A DNA stretch of 64,000 nt from a bacterium. GTDB lineage: Bacteria > Zhuqueibacterota > Zhuqueibacteria > Residuimicrobiales > Krinioviventaceae. The notes beneath the pieces were generated by a model. The model was given only the letters and a program-made list of their open reading frames with translations, was not told the origin of the DNA and searched no databases. Below, one piece after another: positions 20,782 through 31,594 of this stretch. Both the position numbers and the translations under genes were made by a program. The stretch lies in the NCBI GenBank assembly GCA_963674595.2, contig CAXXFV010000023.1:64001-128000 (forward strand), given 5' to 3'. How positions within the stretch are numbered: the first letter of the stretch is position 1; each line of letters begins with the position of its first letter.

Positions 20782-23343
20782 ATGATCAAGTTCCCTTTTC
20801 AAAATCTTGACCTGCCCTTTAAAGATCGGGTTGAGGATTTTGTAAGCAGAATGACGTTGGAAGAAAAAATTTCACAAATGGTGCACGATGCCCCGGCAAT
20901 AGAAAGACTGGGTGTTCCCAAATATAACTGGTGGAATGAATGTTTGCATGGTGTCGGCCGTGCCGGATTGGCAACAGTTTTTCCGCAGGCGATTGGTATG
21001 GCGGCTGCTTGGGACGCTGAGATGATGTTTGATATAGCAACCGTTATTTCAGATGAAGCGCGGGCCAAACATCATGAATATTTGAGACAGGATAAACATG
21101 AAATATATCAGGGACTCACCTTTTGGACGCCCAACATCAATCTGTTCCGCGATCCCAGATGGGGGAGAGGCATGGAAACCTATGGTGAAGATCCCTATTT
21201 AACGGCTAAACTGGCTGTTCCGTTTATTAAAGGATTGCAGGGAGATAATGAAAAATACCTGAAACTGGTCGCTACGGCAAAACACTATACGGTCCATAGC
21301 GGACCGGAAATTGATCGTCACACTTTTGACGCTCAAACAAGTGATCGTGATTTTTGGGAATCCTATATGCCTCATTTTGAAGCCACGATTAAAGAAGCAA
21401 ATGTTTACTCTATCATGTGTGCCTATAATCGTTTTCGTGGAGAAGCCGCCTGCGCCAGTAATTTTTTAACAAATGAAATTTTACGGGACCAATGGGGATT
21501 TGACGGCTATGTGGTTTCTGACTGCGGCGCCATTTATGACGTTTTTGCCCATCATAAAGTTGTCAATTCAAAACCGGAAGCGGCGGCGCTGGCTGTTAAA
21601 TCGGGAACGGATTTGAATTGCGGCTGTGTTTATAACAGTCTTGGCGAAGCTGTGCAGCAGGGATTGATTACGGAAGCGGAAATTGATGTTGCTGTTAAAC
21701 GATTGTTCCTTGCCCGTTTCAAATTGGGAATGTTTGACCCGGAACAAGATGTGTCCTATGCGCAAATTCCCTATTCTATTGTGGACTGTGACAAGCATAA
21801 AAAAATCGCTTTGGAAGCTGCTCAAAAATCAATTGTTTTACTGAAAAATGAAAATAATTTATTGCCATTGTCCAGGGATGTCAAATCCGTGGCTGTTATA
21901 GGTCCAAATGCCAATGATGCGGACACGCTGCTGGCAAACTATAACGGATATCCTGCTGATCCGGTTACGCCGTTACGCGGTATTCAGGAAAAAATCGGAG
22001 CGGATAAAGTTTCTTTTGCCTACGGCTGTTCCTGGGCCAAGGAATTGCCGCTCATGGAAATAATCCCCTCTTTAGCATTATTCACAAAAGAAAATGGAAC
22101 AGTTGTCAACGGACTCAAGGCGGAATATTTCAATAACCGCGATTTATCCGGTGAACCTGTTTTTTGCCGGATTGATAAAGAACTTGATTTTACCTGGTGG
22201 GAAAAAGCGCCGGCCGATAATTTAAATGCCGACGGTTTTTCAATTCGCTGGACAGGCAAACTTGTCGCACCGGATTCCGGCAGATATGCCATTGGTGCCA
22301 ACGGTATGAGCGGCTACCGGATTTATTTACAGGAAGATTTGCATGTTGATTATGAGAGTCCGGATGAAGCGGTTACGCAATATGAGTATATTGATTTGCA
22401 AAAAGGACAGGAATATAAACTGGAAATAGAGTTTTACAAAACGAACGGAACCAGCAAGTTTCAATTGCTTTGGGAACAGCCGAATGTCGATTTACAAAAT
22501 CAGGCCCTTGATATTGCCGCCAAGTCGGATGTTGTTGTTATGTTTATGGGACTTTCACGCCGTCTTGAAGGCGAGGAGATGAAAGTTAAAGTGCCTGGGT
22601 TTGATAATGGTGATCGTGTTGAAATTGCGTTACCGGCGGTACAGGATGAACTGATGAAAAAAATTCATGCACTTGGAAAACCGGTTGTGCTGGTGCTGTT
22701 GAACGGCAGTGCGGTTTCATTTAACTGGGCGGCAGACACTGTTCCGGCCATTGTTGAAGCCTGGTACCCAGGTCAGGCTGCCGGACAAGCCATTGCGGAT
22801 GTCCTGTTTGGTGATTATAATCCGGGCGGACGGTTACCGGTGACTTTTTACAAATCTGTTAATCAACTGCCGCCGTTTCATGATTATAACATGCAGGGTA
22901 AAACCTATCGCTTTTTCAGAGAAGAACCTTTATATCCGTTTGGTTATGGATTGAGTTACACCAATTTTAAATACAGCAACTTGCAAATGCCAAAAACTGT
23001 AAAATCCGGAGAAAATGTCCGGGTTTCTGTTGATGTTGAAAATGGCGGGCAACGGGCCGGGGATGAGGTTGTACAGCTTTATGTTACGGATGTTAAAGCA
23101 ACGGTCCCGGTACCGATATGTTCTTTGCAGGGTTTTAAAAGAATATCTTTAGAACCCGGACAAAAGCAGACAGTGGAATTTGTTTTAACACCCAGACAGG
23201 TGTCTGTAGTTGATGATGATGGTAATTTCGTTGTTGAACCGGGAGAATTTGAAATTTTTGTCGGTGGTAAACAACCGGGATTTATCGGTCGCTGCGACGC
23301 AGAAACAACACAGGTTATCAGTCAGGTGATTGAGATTAGTTAA
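20782..23343 (+). CDS. GH3 beta-xylosidase/beta-glucosidase with PA14 and Fn3-like domains
   Basis: WNECLHG, RDPRWGRGMETYGEDP, KHY, VVSDCGA, PA14 insert, EGEE, DEVVQLY. Confidence 0.95.
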   Translation: MIKFPFQNLDLPFKDRVEDFVSRMTLEEKISQMVHDAPAIERLGVPKYNWWNECLHGVGRAGLATVFPQAIGMAAAWDAEMMFDIATVISDEARAKHHEYLRQDKHEIYQGLTFWTPNINLFRDPRWGRGMETYGEDPYLTAKLAVPFIKGLQGDNEKYLKLVATAKHYTVHSGPEIDRHTFDAQTSDRDFWESYMPHFEATIKEANVYSIMCAYNRFRGEAACASNFLTNEILRDQWGFDGYVVSDCGAIYDVFAHHKVVNSKPEAAALAVKSGTDLNCGCVYNSLGEAVQQGLITEAEIDVAVKRLFLARFKLGMFDPEQDVSYAQIPYSIVDCDKHKKIALEAAQKSIVLLKNENNLLPLSRDVKSVAVIGPNANDADTLLANYNGYPADPVTPLRGIQEKIGADKVSFAYGCSWAKELPLMEIIPSLALFTKENGTVVNGLKAEYFNNRDLSGEPVFCRIDKELDFTWWEKAPADNLNADGFSIRWTGKLVAPDSGRYAIGANGMSGYRIYLQEDLHVDYESPDEAVTQYEYIDLQKGQEYKLEIEFYKTNGTSKFQLLWEQPNVDLQNQALDIAAKSDVVVMFMGLSRRLEGEEMKVKVPGFDNGDRVEIALPAVQDELMKKIHALGKPVVLVLLNGSAVSFNWAADTVPAIVEAWYPGQAAGQAIADVLFGDYNPGGRLPVTFYKSVNQLPPFHDYNMQGKTYRFFREEPLYPFGYGLSYTNFKYSNLQMPKTVKSGENVRVSVDVENGGQRAGDEVVQLYVTDVKATVPVPICSLQGFKRISLEPGQKQTVEFVLTPRQVSVVDDDGNFVVEPGEFEIFVGGKQPGFIGRCDAETTQVISQVIEIS

Positions 23344-23348
23344 AAAAT

Positions 23349-23377
23349 AAAAGGACAGCTTAAAGCTGTCCTTTTTT
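23349..23377. terminator. Bidirectional intrinsic terminator
   Basis: aaaaGGACAGCT-taa-AGCTGTCCtttttt between convergent genes. Confidence 0.85.
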
Positions 23378-23390
23378 CTATTATGAAATT

Positions 23391-24710
23391 CTAAATAACA
23401 AACGTCAGTATTGCAAATATATCAATAATCACAAGCGTCAGGGAAACCTCTTCTTTTTTTCCTGTTAAAACTTTTATGGCAGTCCAGCTTAAAAATCCCC
23501 ACACAATACCCTGGGTTATGGAATAGGTTAATGGAATAAGTATCATTGCCAAAAATGCAGGGATGGCGTCGTCATATTCGGACCAGTTTATTTTCAACAC
23601 CGGTTTCATCATAAATACGCCCACAAGGACCAGCGCCGGGGCCGTGGCAATTGTCGGAATGATGGAAAGGACCGGAGAAAGAAACATAAAGGGTAAAAAT
23701 AATATCCCGGCAACAACCGCTGTTAACCCGGTGCGGCCGCCCTGTTCAATACCGGCGGCAGATTCAATATAACTGGTACCGGCGCTGGTGCCGAACAGTC
23801 CGGAAATGGTTGTTGAAAAACCGTCAACAATTAATGACTTTTTTATATTTCTCGGTTCACCGTCTTCGTCCCGCAAATCTGCCGCTTCAGCCACACCGAT
23901 AAAAGTCGACAAGCTGTCAAACATGTCCGTAAATAAAAACGCAAAGATAACCGGCCACAAGGCAAATTTTAAAGAGCCGGTAAAATCCAGGGCAAACATA
24001 ACACTAAAATCCGGTTTGGCAAAAAGGCCTTTCCAGGTTACCAGTGTAGATGTTCCGAAATTAATGGCAGAAGCGTCACCATAGAGTCGGCCGATTGGAA
24101 ACGCTAAAATTGTGGTTGCAATGATGCCAAAAATCAAGGCGCCGTTTATTCGTTTAATGACCAAAATAGACGTGACTAACATTCCCAAAAGAAAGGTGAT
24201 GGTAATTGCGTTCAATTCACCAATGCCGTTGATAGTAGATGGATTTGCTACGATGAATTTGGCGTTAACCAGTCCGATAAACGAAATAAACAATCCGATA
24301 CCGCCGGCTACGGCATAGCGCAATTGTTGTGGAATGGCTTTAACGATAAACGTTCTGATGTTTAATATGGACAGGACCAAAAAAACAATTCCGGACCAGA
24401 ATACAGCGCCCAGTGCCGTGCGCCAGTCTACTCCCATTCCTACGACAATGGAATAGGTAAAAAATGCATTGATCCCCATACCGGGTGCGAGAATAATCGG
24501 ATTGTTGGCATAAAGTCCCATGGCAATGCTGCTGAATGCACTGACGAGTATTGTTGCTGTTAAAACACCGCTGAATGGCATCCCGGCATCACCAAGAATG
24601 GACGGATTGACAATAATAATATACAAAGTCGCCAAAAAAGAGGTGATTCCGGCGATAATTTCAACTTTAACGGATGATTGATATTCTTTTAATCGGAATA
24701 ACCGTTCCAT
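23391..24710 (-). CDS. NCS2/AzgA-family purine permease
   Basis: APGMGINAFF, YIESAAGIEQGGRTGLT, TYSI. Confidence 0.93.
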   Translation of the reverse strand: MERLFRLKEYQSSVKVEIIAGITSFLATLYIIIVNPSILGDAGMPFSGVLTATILVSAFSSIAMGLYANNPIILAPGMGINAFFTYSIVVGMGVDWRTALGAVFWSGIVFLVLSILNIRTFIVKAIPQQLRYAVAGGIGLFISFIGLVNAKFIVANPSTINGIGELNAITITFLLGMLVTSILVIKRINGALIFGIIATTILAFPIGRLYGDASAINFGTSTLVTWKGLFAKPDFSVMFALDFTGSLKFALWPVIFAFLFTDMFDSLSTFIGVAEAADLRDEDGEPRNIKKSLIVDGFSTTISGLFGTSAGTSYIESAAGIEQGGRTGLTAVVAGILFLPFMFLSPVLSIIPTIATAPALVLVGVFMMKPVLKINWSEYDDAIPAFLAMILIPLTYSITQGIVWGFLSWTAIKVLTGKKEEVSLTLVIIDIFAILTFVI

Positions 24711-24724
24711 TGTTTACTCCTTTA

Positions 24725-25378
24725 TTAAAAAGTCCACTTGATTGCCAAGGTCGGCATAAACTCAACTTTGTCTGTTGGTAAAAAGTTTTTACTGATTTCA
24801 ACTTCGCTGCCGATTGCAATTGTCGAATTCAGATTATACCACACCTGCGGTTCTGCCTGTAAAACATTTTTTTTGATACCGTTAATGTCCTGTGACCATA
24901 TATCCATATACCCGGTAAAATGGATTTTATCATTGTAAAAAGAATTGAACCAGACAAATGTTAGTTGATAATCCGGGGCATCGGACGTATACATATTTCG
25001 GTACAAAATTTCGGTATTGATCACTGTAATGCCCAGATTAACCGGATACATGAATCCAACCATCCAGGCGTTGTGTAAAGGACCCCATAAAGCAGCGCCG
25101 TCGTTATATTGAATGGTTGCCGACAACTTTTTATTACCAACCGGCAGGGTAAAATAACGTGCAATTTCCCAATATCCGAGGGACATGCTTTTGTTGCCCT
25201 CATTATCATAATCCATATCTACAAACCAAAAGGTGCTCCCCAATTTGTCTGTTTTAAACATTTCCAGTGTTGTGGTTACATATTTTCTGTTTTCTCCCAT
25301 ATCATAATGGACCTGAAGGTTTTGTGAAAAAATATTTTGTGTTAAAAACAGTAAAACAAAAGTAATATAGAATTTCAA
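24725..25378 (-). CDS. DUF5020 / Tsx-like nucleoside outer-membrane channel
   Basis: TTG 25378 after GAGGAG; QNLQVHYD, TTTLEMFK, GSTFWFVD, EPQVWYN; C-terminal aromatic WTF. Confidence 0.8.
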   Translation of the reverse strand: MKFYITFVLLFLTQNIFSQNLQVHYDMGENRKYVTTTLEMFKTDKLGSTFWFVDMDYDNEGNKSMSLGYWEIARYFTLPVGNKKLSATIQYNDGAALWGPLHNAWMVGFMYPVNLGITVINTEILYRNMYTSDAPDYQLTFVWFNSFYNDKIHFTGYMDIWSQDINGIKKNVLQAEPQVWYNLNSTIAIGSEVEISKNFLPTDKVEFMPTLAIKWTF

Positions 25379-25580
25379 GAAAATTCTCCTCAAAATAGTA
25401 AAAAAAAATAAATTTTTGTATAATATGATAAATATATTTTTTTTATGAATAAAAAACAATCATGAAATAAAGAGACTGCTTTTTTAACAAGCCTGTTTAT
25501 ACTTTTAATTATTTTTACTATCTTGAATATGAGAAAAAGTGATTTCAAACGAAACGATTTATCACACATTTCGTAAATGA

Positions 25581-26408
25581 ATGAGTAATTTCATTAAAAG
25601 GTGTTTTATGAAAACCTGGCGTTCCAAATTTCATGAAATTATATTTGAGGCGGATACCAAAGCCGGCAAATTGTTTGATGTGTTGTTGATTATCATCATT
25701 TTGCTGAGTGTTTTTGTTGTTATGCTGGACAGCGTCCATGCTTTCCGGGACCAGTTTGGGTCTCTGCTTTATGCACTCGAGTGGCTTTTTACTATTCTAT
25801 TTTCCATAGAGTATATTCTTCGCCTTATGTGTGTCGGCAGACCTGTTAAATACGCAACCAGTTTTTACGGTGTAATCGATTTTCTGGCAGTTGCACCAAC
25901 CTATCTGAGTTTGTTGCTGCCGGGAACACAATTTTTGCTCGTCATTCGGTTGTTAAGGATTTTGCGTATTTTCAGGGTCTTTAAGCTGGTGCAATATATC
26001 CGTGAAGCCGGTCAGTTAAACCAGGCATTGCGTGCCAGCCGCCGTAAAATAACCATCTTTTTATTTATTGTGCTGGTTTTGGTGGTTATTTTCGGTTCGC
26101 TCATGTATGTTATTGAAGGAGAGAAAAACGGTTTTACCAGTATTCCGCGCAGTATTTACTGGGCCATTGTTACGCTTACAACAGTGGGATATGGTGACAT
26201 CTCTCCCAAAACCAATTTGGGTCAGGCCTTGGCAGCTATTATTATGATATTGGGTTACGCTATTATTGCTGTTCCAACCGGTATTGTTACCGTGGAAATG
26301 AGCGCGGCCATGTCCCGTGATATTTCAACACAAGCCTGCCCTCAATGCAGTGCCGAAGGGCATGACAAGGATGCCAAGTTTTGTAAATATTGTGGTGCAA
26401 AATTATAA
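25581..26408 (+). CDS. Voltage-gated K+ channel-like ion transporter with C-terminal Zn ribbon
   Basis: S4 RLLRILRIFRVFK; filter TTVGYGD; CPQC...CKYC. Confidence 0.93.
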   Translation: MSNFIKRCFMKTWRSKFHEIIFEADTKAGKLFDVLLIIIILLSVFVVMLDSVHAFRDQFGSLLYALEWLFTILFSIEYILRLMCVGRPVKYATSFYGVIDFLAVAPTYLSLLLPGTQFLLVIRLLRILRIFRVFKLVQYIREAGQLNQALRASRRKITIFLFIVLVLVVIFGSLMYVIEGEKNGFTSIPRSIYWAIVTLTTVGYGDISPKTNLGQALAAIIMILGYAIIAVPTGIVTVEMSAAMSRDISTQACPQCSAEGHDKDAKFCKYCGAKL

Positions 26409-26420
26409 AGTGACACGTGG

Positions 26421-27908
26421 ATGAAAAATAATATAATTTCTCAACTTGCTGAATTCAGTGAGGATTTGGCGGATATAAAAAATTATAAAAGTATTGCTCA
26501 AAAGGCCATGGATTTTATCGAAAATAACTTTGATCCTGTAGTATGGTCCCTGATGCTTTTTGACGCACACGATTTTTCTTTTAAAGAAGAACAGTTTCGG
26601 GGAGTCAGGTTTTCCCGCACTGTCGATCCCTATATAAAATTATCCGGAGATGTCAACGCCAGTATCGCCCAGGGCGGAGAAGTGCTGGTGCTTCCGGACA
26701 AAAATGCCTTCCAGTTTTTAATGCTCTTTGATCAGGATTTGTATAATACCTGCGAGCTGCGATTTCCTTTTTCCATTGGTGAAAAATATTTGGGCGTGTT
26801 GAACCTGGGACCAAAACAGTCCGGTACCGATTTTACAGTCCAGGATATTGATGTGTTTCGCATTTTGGTTAATCTGGTTTCAAATGCCTGTCTGAACTGT
26901 TTTGAAACACTGGACAGGGATGAAGTAAGAACAGTCCCAAAAACCAAATCTTTCTCCACTTGTTGTTACAAAGTTAAAAACAGAAGCAGCGATTTTGACC
27001 TGCTGGGCAGCTCTGAAGCCATTCTGAAAATCAATCTGTTGATTGACAGGGTAGCTATTGAAGAAGTTCCGGTATTGATTACCGGTGAAAGCGGTACGGG
27101 AAAAGAGCTTGTAGCCCGGTCCATACACATGAAGAGCGGCCGAAACCAGAAGCAGCTTGTGGCCATGAACTGCGCTGCCTTGCCGGATTCTCTGGTGGAA
27201 AGTGAATTGTTTGGTCATGAAAAAGGGGCCTTTACCGGGGCCTTTGCGCAAAAAAAAGGCAAGTTTGAATATGCGCACCAGTCCACACTGTTTTTGGATG
27301 AAATCGGAGATATGAGTCTGCCGACCCAGGCAAAACTGCTGCGTGTGCTTAATGACGGACATTTTCAGCGAGTCGGTGGAAATCATTCCATGTTTTCCGA
27401 TGCGCGGGTTATTGCCGCAACAAACAAAGACCTGCGCACCAGCATGAAAGAGGGCGATTTTAGAGAAGATTTGTTTTACCGTATTAATGTTTTTCAAATT
27501 AATATTCCGCCGTTACGTGACCGAAACGACGACGTCATCATGCTTTCTGAACATTTTTTCCAATTTTTTAACAAACAATATCAACGCAAACTCGCCGGAT
27601 TTGATAAAACTGTTGTCGACTGGCTGCTGGGTTATGAATTTCCGGGGAATGTAAGGGAGTTGAAAAACATTATCGAACGCGCTGTTATCATGGAAACACA
27701 TAATAAAATTACGTTGGAGCAAATGCCGCATAGGGATGTTGTGCAAAAAGATCGTTCGGACACGCCACAGTCAAAACTGGCTGATCTTGAGCGGGAACAT
27801 ATTCTGGCTGTCATGCAGCAAGTGGATCATAACAAAAGCGCGGCCGCACGCATCCTGGGGATTGCCCGTAAAACACTTCGGGAAAAACTCGCCAAATATA
27901 ATATCTAG
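26421..27908 (+). CDS. Sigma54-dependent activator (GAF-like sensor, AAA+, Fis HTH)
   Basis: GESGTGKE, ESELFGHEKGAFTGA, FLDEIG, FPGNVREL, HTH AARILGI. Confidence 0.95.
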   Translation: MKNNIISQLAEFSEDLADIKNYKSIAQKAMDFIENNFDPVVWSLMLFDAHDFSFKEEQFRGVRFSRTVDPYIKLSGDVNASIAQGGEVLVLPDKNAFQFLMLFDQDLYNTCELRFPFSIGEKYLGVLNLGPKQSGTDFTVQDIDVFRILVNLVSNACLNCFETLDRDEVRTVPKTKSFSTCCYKVKNRSSDFDLLGSSEAILKINLLIDRVAIEEVPVLITGESGTGKELVARSIHMKSGRNQKQLVAMNCAALPDSLVESELFGHEKGAFTGAFAQKKGKFEYAHQSTLFLDEIGDMSLPTQAKLLRVLNDGHFQRVGGNHSMFSDARVIAATNKDLRTSMKEGDFREDLFYRINVFQINIPPLRDRNDDVIMLSEHFFQFFNKQYQRKLAGFDKTVVDWLLGYEFPGNVRELKNIIERAVIMETHNKITLEQMPHRDVVQKDRSDTPQSKLADLEREHILAVMQQVDHNKSAAARILGIARKTLREKLAKYNI

Positions 27909-27909
27909 G

Positions 27910-27953
27910 TGGTACGAATCGTACCAGTTCAGGGTGGGGGATACGTACCAGTT
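27910..27953. promoter_or_regulatory. Probable enhancer (UAS) pair for the sigma54 activator
   Basis: Palindrome TGGTACG-AAT-CGTACCA (27910-27926) and a second half-conserved site; CGTACCAGTT repeated 24 bp apart. Confidence 0.65.
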
Positions 27954-28052
27954 GCTGTACGTTTTTTGAATGCAATTCATAAAATAAAAAATTGTGTTGC
28001 TGTAAGTGCAATAAATACAATGATAAAATTTTTTTGATACTTTTTCCAATTA

Positions 28053-28067
28053 TGGCATGACGGTTGC
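28053..28067 (+). promoter_or_regulatory. Sigma54 -24/-12 promoter
   Basis: TGGCATGACGGTTGC, GG-N10-GC spacing. Confidence 0.85.
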
Positions 28068-28120
28068 CTGAACAAGGCTGTAAGAGAGAACAATTGGCAT
28101 TTTAATATTAGGAGTGTATC

Positions 28121-28537
28121 ATGTTTAAAAGATCATTGATTTTAAATTTATTGTTAACAGCTATTATCTGTTCCGTAGCATTTGGGCAGGCACATGCAAC
28201 AACAAAACCTTTGGATAAAAAAGACCAGGAATTAATACAATCACTACAGGATGATAATTTGGGTATTCGCACAAGTGCCGCACAGCTTCTTGGTGAAAGA
28301 GGTATAAAAGCCGCTGCCGATGATTTAATGGATATGTTGAAAAACGACAAAGAATATCGTGCACGCATAGTTGCCGGTATGGCCCTTTTGGAAATGGGCG
28401 CCGAAAACGCCTACGATTCTGTTAAACACCAGGCAGAACATGATAAAAACAAAACCGCACGAAATGTGTTACGCGGTGTTGTCAAACGTATGGAACGGGA
28501 ACAAAAAGTTACATTCGCAACTCCAGAAAATAATTAA
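28121..28537 (+). CDS. Secreted HEAT-repeat protein
   Basis: Signal peptide; LQDDNLGIRTSAAQLLGE, DKEYRARIVAGMALLEMG. Confidence 0.75.
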   Translation: MFKRSLILNLLLTAIICSVAFGQAHATTKPLDKKDQELIQSLQDDNLGIRTSAAQLLGERGIKAAADDLMDMLKNDKEYRARIVAGMALLEMGAENAYDSVKHQAEHDKNKTARNVLRGVVKRMEREQKVTFATPENN

Positions 28538-28545
28538 GCCGGAAA

Positions 28546-28571
28546 GGCCCCATGAAAATGGGGCCATTTTT
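28546..28571 (+). terminator. Intrinsic terminator
   Basis: GGCCCCAT-gaaa-ATGGGGCC followed by attttt. Confidence 0.75.
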
Positions 28572-31232
28572 GTTTGGTTCGTCTTGTAATGCTGGTCTAG
28601 GGGAAATTAAAGTTATTTTATTTTAGTTTTTTTTCTACTCTATTTAATAACTTTAAATCGTCCTCTTCAGTAAAGGTTTCTTTGTTAATGTCTTGAATGA
28701 GTATTCTAATTGCTTCTTTTTTTCTTGAATCAGATATTTTAATTTTGTCAATGGTTTTAATAGCAAACAAAATATCTTCTTTATTATGAGAAACAAGCAA
28801 ATGTTTTATTTTTTCGGCAATTAAATTATGAATTACATTATCTGAGATTGATTCTGTTGAGAGAAATTCTATTAAACCAGTAAAATTGTAATCATTTTTA
28901 TCTAATTCCTTTAAAACTATTTTTATGCTTTTTCTTATTGCTTCTTGTGAAATTTCTGCTTCACGAAGTTTGTTGAATACCTCTACAAGCTCATCATAGT
29001 CTGCTTCATCTAGTGTTTCATTTATAATAACCTCTATAATTTCACTAGCCCCTAATTTATTAAGGACGCCTATTATATCCAGTTTAACATCGCTTGATAA
29101 TTTATTAACCTCTGTTTTAAAAGATTCTATTAATACCGGATTTTTCAATATTGTCGAAAGCCACTGAATTATAGTTTCCTTATTTTCTCCATTTATTAGG
29201 TTAATATAATTTCTAAAGATTTTCGATATCTGATTCTGATTTAAGCCATTGTCTTTTGTGGTTATTGAAAGCATTAAATTAATAGTTGATGCTATTTCTA
29301 TTTTCGTATCCCAATCGCTAACTTGAGTGAAACGTTCAATAACTTTTTGAGAAAATGGCCAATTATAAACTTCAAAATGATTTATGATATCTTTATAAAG
29401 GGTATTTATATATTGTATAATTTTATGTGATTCATTCCTAGAAAAGAAATTGTTTAACCAGGTTATTTGTTGATCGCTTTGAGATGATATATTTGTTACA
29501 TAATAAAGCTCTTTAATACTATTTGTTAGAATTAATAATGATTCTTGATATATGCTATTATTCCATGCTAAATTATAAGTAGACCAAAAATAATCATGCT
29601 TTGCTTGAAGAGTGTTATGAATATTTGTTGTTATTTCATCGTCATTAGTAAATTTTAGTAATATGCTTAACTCCTTTAACCAAAATGGAAGAGTTTTAAG
29701 ATCATTTATATTTTTAATAAAGCTTAATACCTTTATTAGATAATTTTCATATTGTTTGTTTGATAATCCATTGGATTTTGTTAAAATGGATATTATTTTA
29801 ACTTTGTATATATTTTCATCATCGTCAACGTTAACAGATATTTCATTTATAAATTGGTCAGTTAAGTTACTATTAATTAAATTTTTTACAACTTCATGAT
29901 TTGAAAGAATATCCTCTATTTCATTTATAAAATTGAAATCCTCTTTTATAAGTGAAATGAATTTAGGAGAAATTTGTTTATAATCTTTTGGGGATTCTTG
30001 AAAAGTACGGATGTACTGAATTAAAAGTTGTTTGCTTTTATTTTCGTTATTAATCGTCTCTATGACAGTTGGTTTTAAATGAGATGTTAGTGAATTGTTA
30101 TTTTTAATAAAATTAAGTAGTAATTTACTATCTAAATCTAATATTATTTTCTGAATATTTGAAGAATTAATAAAGTTTTTAAAGTTACCTAAAAATTTAC
30201 CCTTACCATATAAAAGATTATTAATATCTTCTTTGAGTATTGAATCAAGCGAAAGTTGAAACAAAAGATTTAAAATATTAACGATCGTTGTTTTAAACTC
30301 ACCTCTTCTAATTGCTTTTTCAAACTTTGTATCAATGAATTCAATTAGTTTAGAGCCTGTTAATTCTTTGTTTTCAATTTGTTGTTCAATGCTTTCAAAA
30401 TCATTTGATTCCACTAATTTATTTGTAATATCAGGAATATCTCTGAATGAGTCTTTAGTGTTAAAGAATAGTTCATAGTTAGTGTGGTTTGGTTTAATAT
30501 GTTCCGTTCTTCTGAAAAAGCGTATTTGTTCATCTTTCAACTTAATATCACTGATTTGTTGAATTTGGTGAAGGTCTTTTATCAATATAGGAGTTTCTTT
30601 TAAATTATTATAAATGTCTGGCCATTCTTCTCGAATAATCAACAGTTTTGTGAAAAATGCTAAATTATCTGTAATTGATTTATTCGGAATAATTTTACGT
30701 CCTTCCTGAAAATTTGCTAGTAATAACTCCGTTTGTAAGACATTTAAGAATTGAATTATTTTTCTGGGATTTTTTGAAAATTCTTGAGAAATAATGGATA
30801 TAACTTCTACAGGAAAGCCAAGTTTATATTCCTTATTTAGCGTTTTAGCAAAGTCAAACAAATCTCCTTCTGATATCCTTTTTATATAAATGGTTGTATT
30901 AAATAGTTTTCTGATGAACTCGTTTGGGTCATTACCACATTTTTCTATATGTTTTTTTATTTCGCTTTCATCAATTGGAATAATAAATATGACATTTTTT
31001 TGTTCCAAGAAATTTTTAATTGTTAGTAATAATTCAAATGCAAGGTCCTTATGGCATCTATCGATATTATCAATAACAATTACTATTTTTTCGATATTTT
31101 CTTTCTTATTGCTTATAATGCTGTTTAGCCATTGCCATTTAATTTTTTGTTTATTGGTTAAACTGTTTATAATTTCTGTAATACTTATCTTTGAACTTGA
31201 GAAAAGGGCCAAAAATATTAAATTAGTCTATT

Positions 31233-31556
31233 ATGAAAAATGGAGGCCCAATGAGCAAACGAAGACGCTTTACTGCTGAAGAAAAAGTCCAAATTTTAAG
31301 AGAACATTTAGAAAATAAGATCAGCATATCCGAAATAGCTAAACAATATAATATTCATCCTGTAGTTATACACAGATGGAAAAAAGAGCTCTTTGAAAAT
31401 GCGCTTGACGGTTTTTCCGGCAAACATAAAAAGCGTAAAGGAAAATCTGTCAAAGAAGAACGTCTTGAAACCAAAGTCAGCAAAATGCAGGAAGTCATCA
31501 CCGAACTCTCCACAGAGGTCGTTGATTTGCGAAAAAAGTATTTTGGGGCAACCTGA
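31233..31556 (+). CDS. IS transposase OrfA (HTH); start probably ATG 31251
   Basis: RRRFTAEEKVQIL...ISEIAKQYNIHP..HRWKK. Confidence 0.9.
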   Translation: MKNGGPMSKRRRFTAEEKVQILREHLENKISISEIAKQYNIHPVVIHRWKKELFENALDGFSGKHKKRKGKSVKEERLETKVSKMQEVITELSTEVVDLRKKYFGAT

Positions 31557-31575
31557 AAAAGACATGGGTTGCTCC
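31532..31575 (+). promoter_or_regulatory. Programmed -1 ribosomal frameshift signal
   Basis: A6G at 31532-31538, then stem GGGGCAACC/GGTTGCTCC; OrfB is in the -1 frame. Confidence 0.8.
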
Positions 31576-31594
31576 TGATGTTAGAGATGATGTT

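Noticed and set aside
26880-27497. 205-aa antisense ORF and the many similar shadow ORFs
   Set aside because: They lie opposite or within well-supported genes and have no motifs
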